Source: Felis catus | Lineage: Eukaryota | Length of the DNA stretch: 64,000 nucleotides | Direction: 5' to 3' | NCBI RefSeq assembly: GCF_018350175.1 | Contig: NC_058368.1 | Coordinates: forward strand, 120,716,001 to 120,780,000 | Part shown: positions 51,681-61,211 of the stretch, piece by piece | How positions within the stretch are numbered: the first letter of the stretch is position 1 | How the letters are laid out: every line of letters starts with the position of its first letter | Translations under genes and position numbers: made by a program | The notes under the pieces: generated by a model | Seen by the model: only the letters and a program-made list of their open reading frames with translations | The model's database searches: none | What the model was told of the DNA's origin: nothing

Positions 51681-54206
51681 GGATGAACCTGCTAACAGAT
51701 TGAAGTAGGACTGAAATTGCTTTGTTTTCCCCTAGAGGTCAGTCCATGTAGCTCTTTATAGTCCAAAGATTAAGCCAGCGGTGAGTTTTTTGTTCTTGAA
51801 GAGCGAAGTTGGCCCAGTGGGCAGGGCTCAGTGTAACAGCTCCACTCTCCCCTAGATGGCGCTGCTAGCCTACTGGGGTGGATTGTTGCGGTGCTCGTCG
51901 GTGCGCATGTGCATGCGCGGGAGCGTTGAAAAATGACGCCACACAGCCACCCACTCTATTCTCCCAGATCAGCAGTCATGCACCGGTCCTCCGTCTTCAG
52001 CTCTCGTCCACTCCCCGCTTTTCCACTCTCCGTGACCAGGCCCCAGGCAGTACCTCTCTCCCAAGTTCTGTCTCAGATGCGGCTATTTTCCCTGGCCCCT
52101 TACTTCCGAAGGACTGCGGCTTTGATCTGGTCCGCCCCTCTGTGTGAGGGCCTCACCAAACTATGGCCAAATGAGCAATGGCCGAATGTCGGCTGCACTC
52201 AGGAACGCCCGCTAGACCCTGCTGTTGCCCCGAGACTGTGGCCAGGCGCCAGCCCATCCCAGAAAATGTTCGCGAGACAGTGTAGCAGTAGTGTCTCTGG
52301 GATTATGGAAAATCACAACACACGTCTGGCACCGGGCTTCACCCTCAACAAACTTGCCCCAGCACCAGCGAATGTGGCTGCCTCCCGGGGTCTGCTGGGA
52401 CCAGATGGCTTCAACAGTCTCTACCAAATGTCCTTCCAGCAGTGGAACCGCTTTTCCCCATGTGGCCTGAGAACCTCCCGGACCCCACTGTGTTCCTGGG
52501 GATACACCTTTCCTACCAGAGCACCGCCAGGTATCGAGCTACGGAGTTGCAGCCTTTGCGCTCTCCTTGTTTACAGTCTTAATGGAATTTAAACCCTCTC
52601 CTTTCTCCCTTTTTAGTTTAGTCCCTGCGGCTGTTTCCAATTTTCCACTTTCTCTCCAGCTGCTTTTGGGGAGGGGTGCTTTACCCATATGCTCCCCCCC
52701 CCCTCCTCCCCAGTCTCCATCCTCTCTCCGCCTGCAAAAGTGGTTCCCTATATTTTGGGGCTTCTTGCTCCCCAAGTTCAGCTCTTTGTGTCTCGTACCT
52801 GCTGAATTCTGTGGTTCAGGTTGTGCAGATTGTTGTGTTAATCTCCCAATCAGTTTTCTAGGTGTGTAGAAACCTAGTTTAGTGTTTAGTGTTGGTCTGG
52901 CTGTATTTTGGACGCGAGACACACAAAAAGCTTCCATGCTCCCAAAATAGTTTTTTAATCTAAGAGACTCCTATGTGACAGCCACCAGGAAGGAAAAGTA
53001 GTGGATCTTTTTCTGAAATAGCTGACAGGAGCATGCCGTGAGGATAGGAGTCTTGGGTTCAATTCCTGATTCTTCCCTTTATTTTTATTAGTTGACTTTG
53101 AACCTTTTATATTACCACAAAGAGCCACATTTTATTTTCCATAAAATGAAGATTATAAAACAAATGCCTATTCTACTTCACAGTTATTTTAACCAGCAAA
53201 TGCATTCATCCAGCAAATACATGGACTGTATGATTTTAGGAGGTGGGAACATGGCAGCGAGCAAAGCAAAATCCGCATCCTCTGAGAACTTACATCTTAG
53301 TAGAGGGAGGCGGTCAGTACACAAATAAATTTCAATGAAATATTTCAGAGTGCAGTAAGTGCTATGGGAAAATAAAATCAGGTAATCTGATAATGAGTGG
53401 CCAGGTTTTTTGAGAAGATGACCCTTGAGCTGATTCATGAGGTGGATAAAAAAGAAAAGATCTAGAAGGAGAACATTCTAGATGGTGGGAAGATGACTTC
53501 AGAGGTCTCCAAACAGGAACAAGTTTGGGGTTTTGAGGGAGAGGAAAGAGTGCTGGTGCAGCTGGCCCTGAGTGAGTAACGGGGAGAGTGGAATTGAGTT
53601 GAACCTACAACAATAAAACTCTTCATAACTTGTCATCTATCAGGACATACTTTATACACTGTACGAAACCAATCATTCTATTCTCATTCCCAACTTTATC
53701 TTTCCAGCCTTATAGTGCATAATTTCTTATTAACGTATAATGGTCAATGACTTTCTAATACTTTCACTTTAAATTTTCTGTGTTCTTCCTTTTGCCAGAT
53801 AGGTACACACAAGTTTCCTCTAAAGGGATTCTATGAGAATTTTCCATTTTATGTTTTCTTTTCTTTTAATAATCATAATCATTTTTGTCTTGTGAGCCAG
53901 AGAGGCAGTATATTACAATGGATAAGCAGCTGAGTTTTAGAATCAGTTCTTAGATTTGAATCCTATCTCTCCCAGACAGTAGTAATACTAACCTGGATAA
54001 ACAGCTTCTCTAAGCCTTGGGTTTTTCACCCATAAAACAGCCTTAAAGCGTTTTCAGAGTTTTGTGAGTGGATGTGTGTAAGAGGCAAAGTTTGACACAG
54101 GGAAAGCATCCGATGAATGATAACTCTAAGTGGTCCTTTGAGCACTATTTCTTCTTCAAGACTGTTGCTTCAAGACTCAAGTAAGATGTCATCTGAAGAA
54201 GCCTGC

Positions 54207-54460
54207 TGATGGGGTTGCAGAGTGATGGTGGGGTCCGGAGCTGATGGCCAAGAAAGAATTCTTGAGACGTCTTTGGTGCAAAAAGGTGATTTTATTAAAG
54301 TCAGGGAACAGGACTCATGGGCAGAAAGAGCTGCACTGGGGTTGTGAAGCATGACTGATTATATACTGTGGAGTTGGGGGAGATAAAGTCAAGAGGAAGT
54401 TTCTTAAAAGGATTTTCGTATGGTAAAGACACCTCACAGATTACTGGAGGCCTAGGCAAA
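54207..54460 (-). mobile_element. Carnivore ERV LTR fragment
   Basis: Sequence tgatggccaagaaagaattcttgagacgtctttggtgcaaaaaggtgattttattaaag recalled as typical of carnivore ERV1 LTRs; AATAAA on the minus strand. Far boundary and TSD not resolved. Confidence 0.65.
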
Positions 54461-55342
54461 AGGAAGAAAGAAAACTTTTCCCTCCTGGGTAAGGGTAAGG
54501 GATGGCTTTAATCTGTTGTTTGTAACTCAAGGCATGTGCATAATTGCACCATCTACTGAATTGTATGACATTAACTGTTTGTGTTAACCCAAAGGAATAA
54601 TCCTGTGATTGCTCAAATGCTTGCTCACTTTATCTTTGAAAGAAGAAACAAAATTCTTTAAAAGAGGAAACTGAAGAGACAGAATTCACCTAATCCACAA
54701 AGACTGGTTAAAATTTGACTTTTCAAAGTCAACCAGAAAACAATTAAATGTCATTAGTATTTTAAGTTTCTCTGAAATTAGACTTCTACTCATCTCTCAA
54801 GTATCCATTGGCTGTAGAAGCATAATAGTCTCCACCATAATGGAGAAGACAGTATCTCTTGAGAAGGATGTTATTTTAGCTCTCAGGACTCATATGAGAA
54901 CCATGGATTCAATCTACCACAGGACTCAACATGTAATTGACAGTTCTAGAGAAACCTGGAAGGAATGGCACCCTCTGGAGTTTTCCACTGTGACCCTCCT
55001 TCCTTTGTTCCATTGCCTCTCAATCGGTTTTCAAAGATAAGAGCCCAGTAATCTCAAAACTGCATCAAGTATAAGAACCTATGCTATTGTGAAAGAAATA
55101 TGGTTTGATTTTTCTACCCAAACATAATGGAAATAGGTTGGAAAGGCAGGAGATGCAAATCTCTACCTATTTATGGAAGACAGTGCATCTTACTCCTGAA
55201 AATGCTTCCTTCCCCAAGAGCCATTCATCCCCAAAGCTGAACAGTCAGACAAATGTCATGCTGTTTTCTGTGAAGTTGTTACATTCTCAGGTCCTCCCTT
55301 GCAGAAAGGGAAATGCAAAAATATATCCTCAGTTCTCTTCAC

Positions 55343-55523
55343 CTGAGCTTAGAAACAGCTTCTGCAGTAATTGAACCGAGGTAATCAAATGTGGTTCACA
55401 AATTGATTCTCCTATCAGTAAAAAGCTCATTTAAATAAAATGATTGATACCAACTCAGGACAAAGACTGTTTTCTTTACTTCCCCAGCAAATAAATCTGT
55501 CCTCATTGTTAATGTCAGGGATT
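55343..55523 (-). pseudogene. Exon, 181 nt, phase 1>2: (E)SLTLTMRTDLFAGEVKKTVFVLSWYQSFYLNELFTDRRINL*TTFDYLGSITAEAVSKL(R)
   Basis: Very long polypyrimidine acceptor ...ttttgtttttttccag|AA, donor CTCAG|gtgaag. One TGA at 55398-55396 (could be CGA>TGA). Resembles the C-terminus encoded by the 26.4/22.1 kb exons. Confidence 0.6.
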
Positions 55524-56548
55524 CTGGAAAAAAACAAAACAACAACAAAGCAAAGAAAAAGGAAGACAAGAAATCAAGAAGCAAATACAGAGTGTATTAT
55601 GAAGGAAAACTCTTAACATTCTGTGTCTCCAAAGCCCAGATAGAAAGAACTGGACAACCCCCCCCCCTCCACCCCCACTTTGTACCTCCCTCCCCTTAAG
55701 AATGTCACTGTTCTGTTAACCTCTTGTCTCACTCCTTGAGCAATCCCAAATAAGCCCACACAGGATAAGACACTCTAGCTTCAGAGATTATGTCACTATT
55801 TTAGAGAAATGTGTCATCTCCCAATGTAAGCAGTCAAGATCTTATTTATTTCTAATTCTTATATCGGATGCCAACGGCCCAGCAATTGTAATAGGGAAAA
55901 CCTACCAAAAACATTGTAAAACAACTATCCCACACTGGCCTGTTAGTAATCATTAGTGTGGAACCAGGTTCCACTTTTAATTTGCTCTTTCCACCTGCTC
56001 TCAGAAACTTCATGCTTGCCTCCCTGGAGAAATTACAAAACCTGTTGAGTTGCAGTTATTGACTTGGAAATGAACTTTGGAGAAAATTCTCTAGCTTTTT
56101 ATGCATTCTTTGCCTCTCTTGAAAGCTCTTTGTCACCTGTTTGAGACCCAGGGCTTTCGTATTATCTCCCTTAATTTCTTAGTCCAATGCTGATTTCTCT
56201 CTTTCTTGAAACCTTATTGTCCCTAGCCGTTAATCACACAATGCACTGCATTTTTCTTTGGCCGTTTTATCAGCCTGGTATCTCAGCTAAGCTGTTAGTT
56301 TCTTAAGGGCAACAGCCATGGACTGTATCTCCCAGCACTGTGCTAGCCAAATTACAGCCTCTCAGAAGATACTTCTCCGATGACCTGCCTCTTCCCCTTC
56401 TGCACCACTTCATAATAATTCAAGTGAGTTCACTGAATCTCGACCTTATGTTCCTTGGGCTGCTTTGCACACTTGCCGGGCTCACTTAGAGTTTCAAGAA
56501 AAAGAATTTAACTGAATTAGTTGCCAACATTTAAGAATCAGGCAACTT

Positions 56549-56763
56549 GGGTCGCCTGGGTGGCTTAGTCAGTTAAGTGTCTGACTTCAGCTCAGGTCAT
56601 GATCTCACAGTCTGTGAGTTCAATCCCTGTGTCGGACTCTGTGCTGACAGCTCAGAGCCTGGAGCCTATTTCAGATTCTGTATCTCCTTCTTTCTCTGTC
56701 CTTCCCCCACTTGCACTGTCTCTCTCTCTCTCCCTCAAAAATGAATATTAAAAAAAAAAAAAA
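56549..56763 (+). mobile_element. CAN-SINE
   Basis: TSD ~aatcaggc. Confidence 0.94.
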
Positions 56764-56997
56764 TCAGGCGACCTGATGTAACATTTCTGCTTTCTGGCTT
56801 CTCTTCAGAATTATATGATTTGGCCATCCTGGCCCTGTTCTTGCACAAGAGCAATACACAGAGCTGCGTTGTAGCTGCCCCTTTACATGGGGCATGTTCT
56901 CCAAACTTAATAGCTCTAAATTCTAGTCAGCTTCATGTATGTATTTTCTGCCTCGTTCAAAAAGCTTATGAGTTTAACCTATATCTGCTTAAAAAAA

Positions 56998-57210
56998 TTT
57001 TTTTTCAATGTTTTTATTTATTTTGGGGACAGAGAGAGACAGAGCATGAACGGGGCAGGGGCAGAGAGAGAGGGAGACACACAATCAGAAACAGGCTCCA
57101 GGCTCCGAGCCATCAGCCCAGAGCCTGACGCGGGGCTCGAACTCACGGACCAAGAGATCGTGACCTGGCTGAAGTCGGACACTTAACCGACTGCGCCACC
57201 CAGGCGCCCC
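56998..57210 (-). mobile_element. Young feline CAN-SINE
   Basis: Reverse of ggggcgcctgggtggcgcagtcgg. Confidence 0.96.
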
Positions 57211-58652
57211 TAAAAGTCTATCTCTTTTAAAATCAGTGTTCGTTGTTTTAACTAAAACCAAATCCATTGTCTCAGACTCCGGGAACTTGCGTGGTTTTGT
57301 TCCCTCCCTATCCTGCTTGCAGAAAAGCCTCACGGTTTCTGAAACTATACCCCATCCTTCACTAAATCCTGTCCACTCTACCCCCAGAAACATTTCCAAA
57401 ATCCATCCCTTCCTAGCTGCTTCTACTGCCCCGCTTTCTGATCTCCTGTCCTTCTTACCTGGATCTCCTAACTTGCCTTACATCCTTCAGTCTCTTTTCA
57501 AATACACCCTCCATGTTCCACCAAATGGCACAAGGCTGATTTTGTTACTCGTTTCTTCAAAAACCCAGTCACCCTATTGCCTACAAAACCAAGTCTGAAT
57601 CCCAGACCTCCCCCATTTGCTGTCAGCTTACCTTAATGGACATATAGATTCTGTATTTTCCAAAGACACCTCCATCCCAGTGGACTAGCCTTCAGGCTTC
57701 AAAATCACCCTGGACTAGTCCATTTCAAGGCTCAGTTCCCAGGAAGGCAAGATGAGAACTAGAATCATGTATTGTCCCTCCTAGGTGAATGGACCATTTA
57801 AGGGAGACTCGGAGAAAGGATCTCAATAACATCACTTTATTTCTTATCATGGTGCAATTGTAGCTTATGTTAGTCAGAATAAGAAAGACACTTCCTGGAG
57901 GAATAGAACTTTCCCAAAATGTCTTGAATCATCCAAAGCAGATACTGATTCTATCTAAGTAAAACCAGACTTTTGTGGACCTCAATTTCAGCCATTTCTC
58001 TGATTTGGGGGTCCCTTAGAACTCAATTTGGAGACGTTGGAAAAGAAAAATTAAAGCTGATTTCTTTCAGAAAGTAGAAAAAGAGGTAACGTGCCTTTTA
58101 GGAATCATACTAGTTATATCCTGATTTATGTTTTGTTTGTTTTTTAACAAGGTTTGATTTTCAGTGGCCACATTGTTAAACATATGAAAAGTTCTTACAA
58201 CTGGCTGAGGAAAATGCTTTTTTTCAGATGGCCCTTTCCTTGCTCAGCTTTCTATTTCTGTTAATGGGCTTAAAACTAATTAGAGTAAATTAATTCCTCA
58301 GAATAATAACAATTGTCAGCGAGTCGCACACCAATGCTTTATTCTTGCAGATGAGAGCTTCCTGGGGGTTGGGAAGCAATTACAACTTCTTAATGATGTA
58401 TGGATACAAAGGACACTGGATCTGTATCAATTATGTTTTATTTATTTGTTTCAGAAACTTTTAATGAATTTAAGGGGGAAATTACACATCTGAATGTAAA
58501 GTGATTACCCTCTCTGAACTACAGTCCCCCCTTGGTCACAAGTGGCTCGTCAGGCTAGTCTTACAGCATCTGGGCCATTGAGAAAGCACCAAAGGAAACT
58601 GTGATGAGTAGTGCCCATTATTTATTCATGAGCACTTTTCTTACATATTTAC

Positions 58653-58715
58653 CATTTGCAAAATACTTGGATGTCATCAGCATATGGGACTTCTGGAAAA
58701 ATGTCTGCTCACCAT
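58653..58715 (-). pseudogene. Candidate exon, 63 nt, phase 1>1: (D)GEQTFFQKSHMLMTSKYFAN
   Basis: Acceptor cattctccacttttgtcctttcaag|AT, donor AATG|gtaaat. Open, and in phase with the 55523 acceptor. Confidence 0.45.
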
Positions 58716-60950
58716 CTTGAAAGGACAAAAGTGGAGAATGCTGAGTCACCCAGAAGATGCGGGAATCCAACCTTGAATTTTACTCCTAGTTGTTCTTTGA
58801 CCCAGTTTCAATAATATGCAACTGAACTCTACTCCCTGCATTCAAAATATTTCCAGTTGAACAAATAACATTAGCATCTAAGCCCAAGAATTCTAGACGT
58901 TTTTGTATTGTGAATGGTCTGATGACTGATGGAACTGTCATGTCAATCTCCTCTCCAATATTGCTCTTAAATATGTTCTTTCTGTCCATCTACACAGCTG
59001 GAGACCCACTATTAGCCCATATCATCCTGACCATCTCTTACGATTCCACCTCACACTCAGTATGTATGATCAGCCTCTTCCTAATCTCAGCGTCCTATCT
59101 CAGCCCTCTCCTATCCTCCACGTTACAAACTGAGTGAATGGCACGGATCTTACCATCACCATCGTCATGACTGAAATTATATTATCATAATTCAAGTATC
59201 AGGTCTGAGTTACAAACAGGAGGAATGGACTCTGGCTAATTTAAGCATAAAATGATGTACCTATTGGATATTGGGTAGTTTCCACATTCCCTATGAAGCC
59301 CGAAGAACCATGTCTGAACTTGCACACCCATTATTCCCTTCTCAAGGACGGTCTGTGGAGGGCACACAGACTCCACTGCCAGGCTCTGCAGTTCATGCTG
59401 TTCTTACCTCTGAGGCAGGGCTTTGGGTGCTTCTAGGAGAGCTGCTGACTCTGTTGACCATCCTGTCACGTGCATCGCCACCACTAACACCACTCCCTCC
59501 AGAAAGAAGACTGCATGGTTAGTCCTTCAGTGCTTAACTGAATCTTTTCAGAGTGTTTCAGACTTGAAGTCTGTATCGAGCATCCAAGTTGTGATGCCTC
59601 CTCTTAGGTGCTCCTGCCTAACTGCAGGGGGCTGGCATTGCCAGTCTTTAAAATGGATTCTGACCCAGGTGGGAGATTCCCCAAACAAAGGAATTGGATT
59701 TAGATGTGGGGTGGCCAAAAACAATGACTAATATCCATTTTTATACAATTTGTTTAGCACCTACTATATGCCAAAGACTGTATATACATTATCTTCACCA
59801 TATCTCAGCAAAATAGATTATTGGTCCATTTTATAGATTAAAACAGAAAATCCCAGACTTTCATAATCAAGAGAGAACACAAGTGATGAAAACTTAACCT
59901 AGACTAGAAGTTTATTGCTCTTATAATTGAAATGTGAGTCCCATGAGAATAAGATTAATTTGTCTCATACAGTGATGAATCTCTAAGGCCTTTAGCTGTG
60001 CCTGGCACAAACCAGGCACTCAATGAGGAATCTCCAGTTGGAGCCAGGAGGCTGAATCCACAGACTCAAATTATGTCATTACATCTCAGCATCACCTTTT
60101 CTCTCCACTCTGTACCATGTTTTATACCTGCCAGATTACATTCCCAAAGGCAAAAATCATGTATTTTCCATCATCTCTTCCTACAGACACCAAAATCAAG
60201 CCTCATTGTCCCGGCCTAAGTCACAGGCTGTGAACCAGTCACCGAGGCCCAGCTGACAGAATGCTCACTTGGCCATGTCTGCTTCATGGAACCATATATG
60301 AACTTTTAGGAAAAACAAAATGAACTATGTGGACTAACATAAATGGAGAAGCATTTCCTCCAAATGAAGTTTAGAGTCTTTCACCATTAATAAAAGCAGT
60401 AGAAATAACACTAGGCAGGTAAAATGAACAAATGCTCACTAAGTAGATATAGCACAGTTCTATATAGATACAACATTTTTAGCTTTTAATGTACTCAATT
60501 ACCAATTCCTTCCTTTGAGCCCTGAAGGAAGCCACCAGAACAACCCAAGCTTTATATTTATAGGTAAAGAAACTAGAACTGAAATCAGAGAGGGTAAGTG
60601 ATTTACCCAAAGTCACACAGTAAGTAAGACAACAGCAGAGCCAGGACTTAAGGCCAAAGGTTCTATTTTTACCCAGTGTCTTTTCCTCCAGGCCCTGGAA
60701 AATCTACCAAAATATGAGAGGGTGGGGAATAATTAGCCTTCTCAAGAATAGGTAGTCTTTGAACTGAGGAACCTGTGTTCAGGTAGCACTTCTATTACAA
60801 GAATGTTTTATTTTCCTTAAAACAATCCACGTAATTATTTTAGATCACCTTATTAGCTAAAGCAACATCTTACTGCCTTCACCACTTGCAGCCACAGTGC
60901 TGATTAGTGCCTTTCATATTCTATTTAGGAGAGGATGTTGTATGTATTAC

Positions 60951-61211
60951 CATGGCCTCTGTGTAATAAATTTGACATTTCAGATGGAAACAAATGGCTA
61001 GAAAATTGGCCCCTTGAGACTAATAGCCGAGCAGCATTTACATGTAATTATTCTACCCAAGAATTTAATTTTGTTTGGTACAAAGTTGTACTGAGTGAAA
61101 AGACCCTGAACAGTGAACCCTGGACTCAAGTGGTAGATATGAGCATGAGCACTAGATTCTGGAACATTCTTTCCAATACTTAAAGATAATTCCCCATGGC
61201 CAAGTGTATTT
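60951..61211 (-). pseudogene. Candidate exon, 261 nt, phase 1>1, three stops: ...FRVFSLSTTLYQTKLNSWVE*LHVNAARLLVSRGQFSS...
   Basis: Acceptor ctaaattcattacag|AA, donor CATG|gtaata. LSTTLYQTKLNSWVE aligns without gaps to LSSRSQSNVSQYFVE and LKSKTTDGYLRYWIF. Stop density is no better than random. Confidence 0.3.

Larger units (their letters stand above)
45692..52941 (-). mobile_element. Near full-length feline LINE-1 (~7.25 kb), inactive
   Basis: CpG-rich 5'UTR at ~51750-52940. ORF1 fragments (MTKRRNSPQQK.. at 50797; RRNNIRIIGVPE-type motif). ORF2 endonuclease (48824..49465: IVGDFNTPL, FSRIDHILG, FSDHN), RT (LFADDLILY) and C-terminal Cys region. 3'UTR and poly(A). Multiple stops and frameshifts. 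Confidence 0.97.
21830..61211 (-). pseudogene. Multi-exon disabled protein-coding gene of unidentified family (tandem ~290-aa repeat domains); 5' end probably outside the window
   Basis: Chain of AG..GT-bounded segments at 61211-60951(?), 58715-58653, 55523-55343, 42840-42514, 37340-37109, 36637-36353, 34621-34323, 31843-31656, 26697-26390 and 22121-~21830. Phases join directly at 58.7>55.5, 55.5>42.8, 36.6>34.6 and 26.7>22.1. Three single frameshifts reconcile the rest. There are at least 8 in-frame stops, and manual translation shows internal self-similarity. Confidence 0.75.

Noticed and set aside
51933..52592. 219-aa plus-strand ORF
   Set aside because: It is antisense to the GC-rich L1 5'UTR, where open frames are expected by composition. 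There is no evidence it is an ORF0-like product.
1384..57399. Many 60-150-aa ORFs with LSLSLS, ERERER or THTHTH tracts, and SINE heads as possible tRNA genes
   Set aside because: They are translations of CAN-SINEs and microsatellites. SINE heads are tRNA-derived but are not tRNA genes.
58716..58989. Longer version of the 58.7-kb exon including ORF 58786..58989
   Set aside because: It contains two adjacent stops and the region looks like a plus-strand L2 remnant. A good acceptor already exists at 58716.
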